A stretch of DNA of 64,000 nt from Moniliella sp. 'wahieum' (GCA_003971905.1 RSEE01000016.1:620001-684000), one strand, 5' to 3'. Counted from the first letter of the stretch, positions 49,251 to 62,777 are shown. Translations and numbers: made by a program. Notes: generated by a model not told the origin, from the letters alone.

Positions 49251-52200
49251 ATGCCATGCCCCCGCCGCGCCCCCCGTCCCCACCGCCTACCACCGCCCCC
49301 TCGGCACCCGCCCGCCGCCGCCCCCGTCGCTGCCCGCCGCCCTGCCCGCCTCGCTGCCCGCCTCGCTGTCCGCCTCGCTGCCCACCTCGCTCCCCATGTC
49401 CCTCGCCTCGCAGCCGCAGCGCCAGCCGCAGCGGCAGCCGTACCCACAGTATCCCTCTGCCCATCCCTTCTCCTCCTCGGCGGCCGCCTACGCCGCCCTC
49501 CCGCCTGCTACGCGGCCCTCCCCTGTCCCACCCGCCGCCGCCGTCGCCGCCTCTGCCCCACCTCCCTTTGCCCCGCCCCCACGCTCCTCCTCCCTCGGCA
49601 CTCGCCAACCGGCGCCCTCCGCCTGGCCCCAGCCCTGCCCGACGCTCCTCCAGCTCCGCACAGGGCCCTCCCCCTCGGCATCCGCTGCTGCCGTAGCTGC
49701 CATCGGGTCCAACCAATTCTCCTCCCACCCCCACGCCCACCAGTCCTCCACCTCCGTCTCCTCCACCACCACCTCCACCACCAAGGATTCCCGCCGCTCT
49801 TCCATCCGTCGCTTCAGTAACCTCTTCAGTCTCAGAAGGAAGTCCCGCCACGACTCATCCGACACCCAGAGTGTCCCCCCCACCACTCCACTTCTGCTTC
49901 TGTCTCTGCCTTTGCAGCCGCCCCCTCTTCAGCTCCTCCGCTCTCGGGGCGTATCCAGCCAGCGCCCAACGGCGCCACCCCGGGGCCACACGCTCCGTCA
50001 GCCAAGACTGCCACTGCCCCACCCAGTTCTTTTATTCACCCCTTGAACAAGGCCGCCTATGCCAACGGGTCGGATCAAATGGGTTCCATCATCTACAGTC
50101 CGGGAGCAGGAGCTGCGACAGCGGGACCGGGATCAGCTTTGGCCCGGGGTGCCTCCGTGCAGCGTCAATCGAGCATCAAATTTGCGCAGCTACGGGCGGA
50201 CGCAACGCTGCGTCTGCGCCTGCCCAGGGCCCTGCCGTAGCTGCTGCTGTTGCCTCGCCCGCCGTAGGCGCGCCCAGCACCGAATCCCTGTCTACCAACC
50301 AGACCAACCAGAGCACCTCCTCCGCTCTGGCCAGTAGCACTACCTCGGGCGAAGTCGGGGAGCACGTGCCCGCCCTCACAGGGCCCAACTGCTTCAATTT
50401 GCCCAAAAGCATGGGTTTGATCCTGGCGATCCCAACCTGCCTGTCTACGCGCGTCTGCAGGCGGCAGCCGATGCTGCCATTATCGACGAAAAGGCAGGGG
50501 GTGGCGGTGTAGGGGAGCTTGGCCCCGTCCCGCAGATCCAGCGCGCCCCACGCCGCCCCCTCCCCACGCCCGCCATCGCCGGACCACAGTCGTTGCTCCG
50601 GCTTTGCCCGTCTGGTTGCCACGGTGCCCATCATGACCCATACTGTTTCGTTATGCACGGAGCAACACGGGTATCGTTGCAGGGGAGGAAGGGGAGGACT
50701 CAATGTTCTTCTCGGCCTCCCAGGACATGACACCCACTCCTGCGTACGCTCGAGGAAGCATGCAAATTCTTGGGCGTGCATTCCGTGGGAAGCGCCCGCG
50801 GGAAACACGGACCTATGCCCGTGGCCTGGCGGCCGTTCTGTCTACTTCCAAGCCAGATGTGTTGGCAACTCTGGTGCACTATTTGGATGTAGACGACCTG
50901 GTGGCCCTGGGCGCGACATGTCGTTCCATCCGTGGCACCCTGCAATCTACGCTTGGTCAAGAGCTCATCCTTCATCGGTTCCTGGGGCTGTAGGGTACGA
51001 GACATGGCCCTCGCAGCTGCGGGCGCTCAACGAGGCGATGCACTCGGGTGATGGTTACACTGCTCTGCTCTCCCCTGTGCCGGTAGCTGGGGCCGAAGGC
51101 GCGGATCCTGTCCCGCTCACCACGACGGATGTTTGGCATTACGCCCTGTCGCACGACTTGAAAGGCGAGTATGCTGCGCTAGGCCAGTTGGTTACGCGTA
51201 TGGGCGAGAGGTGGATCCGCGGTGGATCCGCTTGGCCCAGCAGACTACCCAGGCGTACAACCGTGTTCTCGCACGCCTGCGCGCTCAACCGCATTGGGAC
51301 CCGACAGGTGCTGCCGAGGCGGATCCGCGTCGGACGGGTGAGCTGACGCCTTGATCCATTTGATTCACTCGGGTCCAGCGGGCAAACGCCGACCTCTGTT
51401 GCCTCGGTCGGGTACAAGGACTCCAACGTGGCCCAGGGAAGAAGTGGGACGGTTTCCCCTTGAGGATGGGCTCGAATGCGGGGCCAAATGAGCGCTCCGT
51501 TCGTGCGTGGGAACAAATGGGACTCAAGCGGCGGTATGCCGAGGCGCGTGCGCTCGCGACAGCTAGCAAGACGGTAGCCAGTTCAGTGCGAAGCCCATGC
51601 GGGGTTGGATCGCGCGCCTACCTGGCGCGTCTGGGTGCCTTCTACCAACCCAGCTGGCTGGCTTGAAGATGCCGAGCTAGCGCATGTGGAAGACGAGTTA
51701 TCGCAAGCGGCGCTTCGCGGGCACGCCAGTGCTGACCACTTGTTGGGGGAGGGCGACGTGGTGTGGGACGTGGCGCTAGGGGCAGAGCGCAACGAGGGCA
51801 AGTTTATCTATGACGGCACGTTTGTTCGGTACGCATTGCCTCCTGTTGTCTCTTTTGGTTCTGTTTTGTATTGCCTAGGTGGGAAAGCTGATTCAAGTTT
51901 GACTGCGTTTTGGTGATAGGGACTTGTCGTTTACCTTTGACCCGTGGGGCCATTTGCCTTCGTGGGTAGATGCCATGTCGTTTCCGCTGAGTTGGTACCA
52001 AGGTGTGCTTCGTGCTTCGACGCCGCAACGTCCCATCATCTTCCTCGATGTACTTCCCTTTCGGGATGAACTGATGGAATCGCTCGTGTTGGCCCAGCAA
52101 GTGGTGCAGGGGGACAAGTACGCGATGCACAAATGGATGGCGACCGCGACGGCGACCTTGGGACCGAAAACCTCCTACCGCTCTCCGGCCGGGATGGACG

Positions 52201-52560
52201 GGCCAACGGTGGTGCGTCTCGTGCAGCAAGTGGCGCAGATCCATCCGTCCTGGTACGGCCGGGTTGGAATTGCAGTTGGACGGGACGGCCGAAGCGTTGC
52301 ACGATTTGATTGTTCGGTGTGCTGGCCCATGGGTGGGCGGGGAGGAAACCAAACGGTTGTTGCAAGCTGTTCTCAATCCCCACTCGACCGTTGCCGATCG
52401 TGCGTTGCCCCCGCTTCGCATGCCGCCCGTGCCCAAGGGCAAGCAAGCAAGCGCCTACGCTTACGCGTTCCCCTTCCACATCCTCCGCTCCCGTTCCAAA
52501 CCGGGCCATGTCGTGCTCCAGCCCGTCACCGTCGCCGACCCGCCGCGCACTGCCCGCTAG
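49251..52560 (+). CDS. Conserved basidiomycete-type hypothetical protein with low-complexity N-terminus and F-box-like segment; intron 51829-51919
   Basis: PDVLATLVHYLDVDDLVALGATCRSIR (F-box-like), AYNRVLARLRAQ, RAPTWRVWVPS...WL, GDVVWDVALG..NEGKFIYDG..R|DLSFTF...GHLP, P.IFLD..PF, HPSWYG.L.L..DGT.E and FHILR.RSKPG. Clean spliceosomal intron. The start is approximate. Confidence 0.65.
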
Positions 52561-52842
52561 CCCTCGGCGGATTGATTGGTCCGGTCATCCAGCCCCAACC
52601 TCCTCCTCCATCTTCCTCCATTCCCGATCCTCTGTCCTCCATCCTCCATCCTCTATCCTCTACCCTCCATCCTCTACCCTCCATTCCCGACCCTTCACCG
52701 TGCCCCCAATGCCGCTGGAAATTAAACTTGGCCCCTCCTCACACCGCCCTTCTGTACTCGCTCCACTTGGCGACCCGTACCACTTGCCTTCCCTTACTTT
52801 ACGTTACCTTCTCTTACCGTACGTTACCGTAGCGTGGTTGTG

Positions 52843-52929
52843 GGACCCACCCCAGGACCCACCCCAGGACCCACCCCAGGACCCACCCCAGGACCCACCC
52901 CAGGACCCACCCCAGGACCCAGCCAGGAC
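52843..52929. repeat. 12-bp minisatellite (GGACCCACCCCA) x6 plus a degenerate copy, intergenic
   Basis: Read directly from the sequence. Confidence 0.95.
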
Positions 52930-53832
52930 ATGCCCACGGCCCACGACCCGCCTCGCACTTGCACGTGTGCACGCTCAGGCTTGGACTGCGTCGATGCACT
53001 TGTCCTGGTCCTGTGTGCCTACCGTACCCTGCCCCTGCCCCGTGCCCCGGCGTTGGGCATCCGGGGTTGTTGGTAATGTTATTCGTTGATGGTAGATGGT
53101 AGATGGTTGGTGTTTAGTTTGGTCGGTTGGTTGGTGGGTGGGGGGGGGCGCTAGCTTGGGGTACGGCGCCGTGTCGTCACGTGTCGCGTGTCATTAATTT
53201 TTTCGCGTCATTAATCATTCGTCATTTGCGACGTCACGTTTCCGCCTGGACTTGGGGACACTGCAGCCAGTATACCCGTACGCCTCTTCCCGCTTTCCTC
53301 TTTGGGTTTGGCCGTGCGGCTCGGCCTCGTACGCCTCGTCTTGAAGCGGCGGTGGGTGCCTACGGTGCATCGATGGAAATGGCTTACCTACAGCAAATGG
53401 CACCGTTACCTAATCCTCAGGGCGCCTACTGCGGTGCTGTGTTGGCTTGAACGCTGGAACGTTGAACGCTATGGACTGGGGGGATGTGGCGGACGAGCGC
53501 CGACGGATGCGAGGGGCGGGCGAGGGTGTGCGAGTAGGGTTGGGCGTCGATCATCGATCGCAGGGGCTGTGCTGCGCAGGCAGCATGCGTGCGTGGCTGC
53601 AGGGGAGAGGCGGTGGGTGATGCTGCGGCGGTGGGTGACGAGCGTTGGATGCGTCAGCGGCGCAGTGGGCGCTGCGGCTGAGCTCAGCCTAAGCAGCTCA
53701 GCGCAGCTCAGCTGGTCCCACCCGCGCCTCACCACCCGCGCCGCTGGGCCATCCGTCCCGCCCGTCCCGAACCCACCCGCCCACACCACACCCACGCCGC
53801 AGCGCCTCCCCTCCCCCCGACCACCACCCGCC

Positions 53833-56800
53833 ATGGCTGCGGTCCACCCCGACAGCGACGCCATCCTGGCCACCAACCGCCGCCTGCGCTCCCACTCCTC
53901 CGCCTCCCGCCCCGCCCCGCCCTCGCCTCCGCCCCCGCCCCCCCCCACCCACCGTCCCGCGCAGCCCTGTATGCATCCAACCCACGCGCCAGCACCAGCC
54001 TCCCGCGCTTCCCCCCCGTCCCCTGTCGCCGCCCCCGCCCCCGCCCCGCTCCCAGCCTCAGCCACTCGAGCGACAGCCTCGGCGCCAAGTTCAATCCATC
54101 CTCCGCCGCCGGCCCACCCGCACCACCTCCCATCCCACCCGCACCACCTCCATCCCTCCCGCCCACTCTCGCGCACGCCCCCGCCGGCTCCCCTTCCCGT
54201 TCCAGCGCCTCCTGCCGCTCCCACTGCGTCCCGTGCCGCATTAACCCCCGCCGGAGCACCCGGACCCAGTCCAGCCGCTCCAGCCGACCGTGGAAGCGGT
54301 ACTGCGGCGCTCACCTCGCTTCCCCTCCCGTCCTTCCTCCGCCTGCTTCGCCAGCACCCTTGCTACCCAACAGCGCCTCGCCCGTCATGACCTTTCCTGA
54401 GTTTGAGCCATTGAATTTGGGCATGCCGGCTCACCTGCTGCACACACCGGACGCACCTGCCTCGGAGCGAGAGCAAGATGTCTTCGCTTCTCCTCTTGCT
54501 GCGAGTCCCTTGACCGAGGTGCCACCATCGGAACACGCCGCTCTTGCGCCGCCGGATCACCTCGCCGAGCCACGCGCTACGTCCCCTTCGCCCCCTGCTC
54601 TGTCACACGCCCAGCAGCTGGCGCACGAGCAAGCGCACGAGCTGGCGCAAGAGCAAAGCAAGAGCCAAACAAGAGCAGACGCATGAGCAAAAAGCAAGAG
54701 CAAGAGCAAAAGCAAGAACAAGAACAAGAGCAAGAGCAAGAGCAAGAGCAAGAGCAAGAGCAAGAAAAGGAGCAAAAGCAGGATCAAAAGCAAGAGCAAA
54801 GGCAAGAGCAAAAGCAGGAGCATGCACAGGAGCACGCGCAGGAGCACGCTAATGGCCCCGAGGCAGCGAACGTTGCCCCGACCGAGACCGTGCCCGAACC
54901 GCATGCATCCGAGGCAGGCAGGTCATGGCTACCTACCTCTGAAGTTGGAGCTCTGGGCGACACCGCGCCGGAATCCGACCGGAGCCCTTTGCCGCCCCAG
55001 CCAGAATTTGCGCTTAATGGAACTTCTACCCCAGACTTGGTTTCCTCCGAGCCAGAGCCGACGCCCATTCCGGACGCGCATTCGTCTGGACCAGGGGGGT
55101 CGCAATTGAACTACGGCCCTTAACCGACACCTTGGTCATGTTTGGGCCAACTGCAACAACAGTGCGTTACTCGCTCGGTGGTCACATTGTCCTTCGGCTT
55201 CCACATGCCCCCCCCGAGACCGAGGAGGTGACACCACAGCTTCCTACTCCAACCCATCATCCCCCCGACTACAGCTCCCCTCCTCACTCCCCTCCTCTTG
55301 CTCCGTCCCAAACAGCCGAGCCGGCCAAACCTCCAGGCAAGTATCTCCACATCCAGTCGATTCGTGTCTCCTTCTCGGGGTACTCGTGCTACTATGACTT
55401 GGTCGGCCGCTTTGGTGGTCTGAAACTGGCAGACAATAACGAGGAGTTGCTTCCGTCGCCTCTGGCGGTAGCGTTGCCCAACGCCGAGGCCAACGAAGCT
55501 GCTGAGGGCAATCCGGCCTCGGCATACGAAATTGAGTTCGATCTGTCGGTACCCGGGGCTTGCCCCAGAGCTACCGCACGGCGTTTGGAGCAACGTTCTA
55601 CACCCTCGACGCTGTCGTCCAGTACGCATTTTCCAATCGCTCCGACTCGGTCCCTCCGCCTCCCAAGTTTGTCCAGACGACCTCGGCTCGTCTATCCAAC
55701 TTGCCGATCAGCTCCCTGCTTCCCGTTCATCTTTGGTCTCAGGAACCGGCTCTGCGACAGGCGATTCGCTCCTGCTCCCCAGTCATCGCTCAGGATCTCC
55801 CCACGTGAGCCAGACCCAGGCCACGCATACGCAGGCATCTTCTATTGCGACGCCCATCATCCCCCGTCTCCCGCACGAATCCTCTTCTCACGACCTACGT
55901 GCCTCCTTGCCACCTACGGCGATGTCGAGCGGGCCAAATGGCACTTCCTCTTGGGCTGCTAGTGGCTCCCGGTCCCATCTCGGATTGGGGGTGGAGGAAC
56001 CAAAAGAAGGCGCATCGCCTAGCAAGGGAAAAAAGCCCGCCAGCTGGCTCTCGCGTCTCGGACGACGCAAATCAGTTTTCCCGTCCCCTGGCCTCGGCTC
56101 GCCCGACCCATCGTCCTCAGGAGCGATGGCTGCTGCATCGCAATCGCACCACCGCTTGCCCTTTACCCACCAACGGGAAGGGAGCGACCCGCTTCCCGAC
56201 GTTTCCATTCCCTCCGCGCCTGGCCGTATGGGCAACGTGGGGCCGGCCCATGGCTCCGTTTCCGATCTTCTTTCGGGCAGGGAGAGTGTTTGGGCGGTAC
56301 AGCCGGGTCGGCTACTTCGCATTCGGTCCGGACCCGCCCGTCAGCTCACGCATCTTCCTCCCGTCTCCGCCCCGTTGATGATGATGTACCTCTCAGCCAC
56401 GTGGTCGCATCCGGTAGTCGCCGGGGTCGATCGCTTCTGGCTCCCCTGGACATCCCTGTGGCCACCGAGACTTCCCGTCCCCCCCGCTCCCTCATTCGCC
56501 TCCCGCAGGCAGTGGCGTTTTGACGAATGGAACGGTGGACTTCCCATCTGCAGGCCTGGTCCCGCTTGCGCTGGGTACAGTGGTGCGATCCCATGCTTGC
56601 ACCCAGTTATCCTTGTTCGTCGCTCGCGGGAAATTTTGCCTGTCCCTGTGGCCCGCTTGGCTCATGCAGACATTGGCGCGATCCCAATGGACCCGCGCGC
56701 AGGCGCCCGGACAGGAGGTGGCCGAGGGGGAGACAGAAGAGCCCGTGGTCCGGACCGAATCGCCCCTCCCTCCTTTGCCTCCTGAGGAAGAGGAAGCGAG

Positions 56801-59749
56801 AGAAGAACGGCAGGAAGCTAGCCGGGACGCGCCCCATACCCCGCTTAGGGAAGAAGGGGCGGATCCTACGACCGCGCCCGTAGTGTCGCCCGCCACGCCC
56901 ATCACGCCGGGCACAGGGTTCCTCACGCCTTCTCACCTCCTTCCCCTGCCGAGCTCGCCGCAGGAGGCTGGGTTTGTGACGCCCACCACGTCTCCCCTGA
57001 CGGCTACCAACGAGATCCCTACTCCTGCTGTTCCCGAACCCGTTCCTGACGACTCGGACGATGATGTCCCTCTCGCGCAACTGCCCACCCAAGCCCGTCC
57101 CACGCTCCGACGCAGAACATCGTCCCCCGAAACACAACCACCTGCCTCGTCCGTGTCTGCTGGGAGCTTAGGTGCGCTGCTGAACCAACCTGTGCCGAGC
57201 ACGGATAAGCAACGTGAGTCTTTCTCGGCCGGGGGCGAGGCGGCGGGCACGTCGTCCCGGCCCGCTGGACCAGTTACGGAGGCGAACCGCAATGGTGGCT
57301 CGCACTCAGCTCGTTCGGCCGGGGCAGCAGGACTGGGCCCCTCTTCTTCTTCTCCCGATGGAGTGCCCATGCGGCACTTTTTGCACCGTCCCGTGCTCAA
57401 GCCACCGCAGGAAGTGTTGGACCCGACGGCCATCGACCCGACCACGGGGCTTGCGCCATCCCACGGGCCTCCAGCATCGTTGCCATTCATGCTTACCGTA
57501 TCCGTTCCAACCCACGTCAATACCTACAAGCCAGCCCGGCCGGGCGAGGCCCAGGACGCTGCCCGTGCCAACCTGTTGCAGTTCATTGTTCAGGTGGACG
57601 TCAATCGGCAGCAACGCGCTTCGGATGTGTGGCGCATGGCCCGCGCCCGAGGAGGGCTGCGGCTACGAAGGATGGACATTACCTGTGCTCAATCCGAGCG
57701 GCATACGTGTGTATCTTTACCCCCCCCCCCCCCCCCCCTCCTACTGTCTTTGTTTGTTTGCTTTGTGTTTTTTTTGGCTAGTGGTTCCAAGTACTGACCA
57801 AGCTGGGTTTGTGCAGCAACCTGCCCTCGCGCACGTTTTGCTTCAACTTCCCACTCCCGCCGCAATCGGACATGACCGTGGCGGACATGCCGATGGACGA
57901 GTTGGCTCGCGCCCAGGCCGAAGCTGAGCTTCACCATTCTCGAGCAAGTGGACCAACGCTGTACGACCAGCTGCTCCACAAGGGCTTTTCGAGCGAAGTG
58001 GTGACGCGTGGGGCCGAACAGAGTTCCGGGACCAACCAACGCCGGCTGCAAGAAAACGCCAACATTACCCGTTCCTTTGTCGTCGGTCCTCCTACCACGA
58101 CGCGCTCGGACGATCGTCGTCGTCGGACCGAACCTGCGCCTACCGCGACCGGATCGAAACACCCGCCACCTGTGCCCGCCAAAGACCGCTCCGCCAGCAT
58201 GCCCTTACCAGCCGCGATGTCAACGGGCCTGGTGCGTCGTCCAGTTCGGCCACAGCAGGTGCCGCCGCGGCCTTGGGCGCGCCACGGTCCGCATTGCTTA
58301 CTTCGCCACCACCGGTACTGCCTTTGCTGGAGTACCGGTTGCGCCTGCTGGCACCGGTGCCGAGCCTGCCGAACGACCGCACCGTCGCAGCACACTGTTT
58401 GGGACCAACTTTGGTCGTCGTCGCTCCCCCGCGCACTCCGCGCGGGGCGAGTCGACGCCCTTGGCCGTACCGCTCCGCTCCGGTGGCGATGCTTCTTCCA
58501 CCGCCGCGGGCGGATGGAGCGGGGGCGCGTCACCCAGTCGTTCGCGACCCAAGAGCATGTGGAACCGGTTGAACCCACTGCATGCTTCTTCTTTGCTTCT
58601 ACCGAGGAGGAAGCTGGTGGATCGGGGAGTGGGACGGGGTCCGGCGCGCCGAGCTGGTCGGACGCGCGTACGGGATCTGGGTCGGGATCTGGGTCGGGAT
58701 CCGGGTCGGGGCTTGGGTCTGGCGCCGCCTCCGGCTCGGGCGGGGTGGGATCCAAGTCGCCTGCCAAGCCGAGTGGGCGCTCTCGTGCGCGCGAGCCGCC
58801 TCGGGCGATTTACCTGTTTGGTGGGGAAGATGGACATGGGGTGGACGTTGCGCGGGGCCGAATGCGGATGGGGATCAGTTTGCCATGATTGCGTCGCGCG
58901 AGTCGGTGCACGAGGCAGACAACTTGGCCATGGCCCGACGAATCAACCCGCAAGCCACCGAGCCGGACATTGTCGCGCCCTTGCTGATGGCCGACTTTGA
59001 AGGCCCGTTGCCGCGTGCGACACAAGTTGTCGGTCAAACTCGTATTTGGCTTCCGCCACCACCAAGGCCGGCCTGGCCTCGGCCGAATGGAGCAATCCCT
59101 CGTCGCTTCCGTGCCCATCAGGTTTACCGACCCCTTACCCACCGCACTGCGCAAACACTTTGAGCCGCCGTTGCTTCCCCACCACCTCTCTTCCCCCGCA
59201 CCCAGCGGGGGCGGGCACGACGCGCCCGAGTCCGACACTAATGCTAATGCCTCCGCGGGCCGATGGCGACGCAGGCGCTGGTGCCGCCGCTGATGCTGAT
59301 GCTGACGCCGACGCTGGCATGCCCTGGGTACCCATCTTGCCCGCGTACACCCAGCTGTTCCGAGAAGACGGTTCGCGCCTTGCTGACGAAGGGGAAGATT
59401 TACCGCGCTACCCCGGCCCGCCTGGTGCCGCGCCGACGGTCTCGGTGCCGCCTCGTGCGGTTGCATGCGGGCCAGGCGGGGCGGGTGGCGCGGTAGCGGT
59501 GGCGCGTGCGTTGCCTCTGCGTGCGCAGGAGGACGATGCGGAGGACCAAGGCGGCCTGGCAGTCGCGTTTCACGATGCGCTGGACGAGGACGAAGGTCAC
59601 TTGCTCGACGAGCGGGTGGACGTGGAACAAGATTTGATGGACGAAGCCGACAATGTCGAACGCGCACGCGATCGCGAAGATCATGAACTTGGTTTGCCCG
59701 ATTTGGCGAAGAGGTGGCTCAGGTCCCACCGTCTTCCGCCGGCTGGTAA
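53833..59749 (+). CDS. Large low-complexity protein with interrupted arrestin-like beta-sandwich segments and PY motifs; intron 57707-57816
   Basis: YSLGGHIVLRL, LHIQSIRVSFSGYS, YEIEFDLSVPG.PQSY.T.FG.T.Y.L.A.V, RLRRMDITCAQ.E, ARVRHKLSVKLVFG and VPIRF, with PPDY, LPAY and LPRY motifs. Many frameshifts, so the ends are approximate. Confidence 0.6.
54625..54847 (+). repeat. (CAAGAG)n-type hexamer microsatellite encoding an EQ/KQ-rich tract
   Basis: Visible tandem GAGCAA units within the arrestin-like CDS. Confidence 0.9.
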
Positions 59750-60094
59750 CGCCCTCGCTCTTGGCACGGTCCGCTGCCTCGGCCTGGTCTGTGCCTTGCC
59801 TGGCCTGGCCTGGCGAGTGGCCGGTGACGTAGGATTCGAGGTGGCTCTGGTCCGCCTGCATCCCCTCCCTCCCTCCCCTCCACTCTCTACATGTTCTTTC
59901 GTTTCTGTTTCAAAAACACCGTCCCTTTGATTTTATCCCTGTACATGTTCTGCTCCGGTCTTGCTTGGGTGGCTGTGGGCTGCCCATTTCCCTTCCCCTT
60001 CCCCTTTCCATGGTCGGAGAGAGCCGGGAGCGAGGGGGGCAGTGGGGACGCAGCTTGTCCAGCACGTGCCGCCGTCTTCCGCGTATAGTTCGTG

Positions 60095-60152
60095 TTCGTT
60101 GCCGTTGCCATTGCCGTTTGCCGTTGCCGTACCGTTGCCGTTGCCGTTACCG
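60095..60152. repeat. (CCGTTG)n imperfect hexamer microsatellite, intergenic
   Basis: Read directly from the sequence. Confidence 0.8.
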
Positions 60153-61100
60153 ATGGGCTTGAAGCTCATGCGTCTGTCGAGGCGGGACCCGTTGTGTCTG
60201 TGTGGAGCGGGGGGAGGGGGCTATGTACCTAAAGGAAGAGCAGGAGGCTTCACGCTTCAAGCAGCCCAGACTGCCATATCATGATGGGGTTTGCTCCTAT
60301 GACGTATGAAGAACGCCGACAGACAGAAACAAACGCGGTCCCTGATGGGCAAAGATATTCAAGCTGTAGCGAGCGCTAGCTCAAAATGGCAGGACGGGCA
60401 CTCAGTACTCAAGGTAGTTATGAGTGTGCTTATAGTCTCTCTCGGGTACAATGAGTGTTGGGACCCGCGGTCCCGTACTTAGGCCAAAGCGCCTTATCGA
60501 TTATCATCCTTGGTCCCTTATTTGACCCGAAGCCTCCCCATGTATACTCAGGCTTGTGTAAACGTTGAACCCCGGTCTCCTCTAGGTTAGGCATAACGCT
60601 TAGACCTTAACCACCACCATCGCGATTGCATGGCTCTTGATCACCAGAGGCTCATCACCCAACTCCTTGGGTTCCTCCGGTCTTACAATGAGGCCTAGGA
60701 GGCCCCAAGGCGTGGCAACGCAAGGCACATTTGCAACCAACTGTCAGTAACCGGGTACCTGTGCCTGCTCGGACTGCCATCGTGATCACTGATTATCGAT
60801 TACCCATTCTGCCAACCGCGAAACGGGGAAGAGAAAGACTGAGCCGAGCCGAAGTACTACGACAGTGGCTATGCGTGCGCGTTGGCTCCGCTGAGGACGG
60901 TCCCTTGCGCCCTATTGGGCGCTTTGGGCCTAGGAACTCCAATGCTTCATTGTCTCTGTTTTCCTGGGTCCAAAGACAGGCCAGGGGGTAGAACCTGGCT
61001 GCTTCCTATTGTGCTTTGATGGTGGAGTAGACAGCCCGAGGGTAGCGCTTTTCCGACGAGGTCCCCACACTATTACCTTGCTGTTCCTAAGGTATGGAAG

Positions 61101-61196
61101 GCTTCAATGGGTTAGTGGTATACTACATCGTTGCCAGGCACGGCGCTAGTCCGTCTAAGACATCGATGTGACAGGGGTTCGATTCCCTTTGAAGCA
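61101..61196 (+). tRNA. tRNA-Gly(GCC) with about 26-nt intron (61137-61162)
   Basis: Acceptor stem GCTTCAA/TTGAAGC plus discriminator A; D-loop AGTGGTA; anticodon stem CATCG/CGATG with TTGCCA loop and an intron after position 37; T-arm AGGGG-TTCGATT-CCCT (one C short, likely a homopolymer error); TTTTT terminator at 61197-61201. Confidence 0.93.
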
Positions 61197-61685
61197 TTTT
61201 TATTTCGTCCTTTCCTTGGTCGAGCTAGCCATCTACACTGCAACCATATCATTGACAGTGCTTATGGCTGAAACAAAGAAAAAACGCTGCGCCTAGCCTG
61301 ACTCTTTTCATCCGGCGTGTGTTGCTTGGTAGCGCCAGCCCGTTTAATGAACAGGGGAATCGCCAGGAGATCGGGACCGTATGGTGCCCGCCATCCCTTC
61401 CGATCCTTCCGATGCCATTCCGAAAGTACCCCGCAAAATGCATAATTCTCCCGTAAGAAGCCACGGGTGGCTGTAGCGACTAGGAACGTGTGCGGATGGC
61501 CCGATGGCGAAAGCAAGGGGTGCCTTACAACTTACGGATATGAAGCACTGAGGGTGGTTAGGGTTACCGGTCCCGCCCCCGACTATGCCGACGACGGAGA
61601 AGCCTTCGGTTTCCAGCCCAGCCCAGGCCCTCGCCCTCACCCCCACTCCCCCGCTTTGTGCGTCGCACCTTGGCCGATTGAGACG

Positions 61686-62777
<1,092 letters not shown>

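Noticed and set aside
52843..52929. CRISPR-like array
   Set aside because: The units are contiguous 12-mers without unique spacers, in a eukaryotic context with no cas genes.
60281..60345. Possible C/D-box snoRNA (ATGATGG...ATGAAGA...CTGA)
   Set aside because: The C box is imperfect, the terminal stem is weak, and I recognise no rRNA-complementary guide. A snoscan/Infernal run would be needed.
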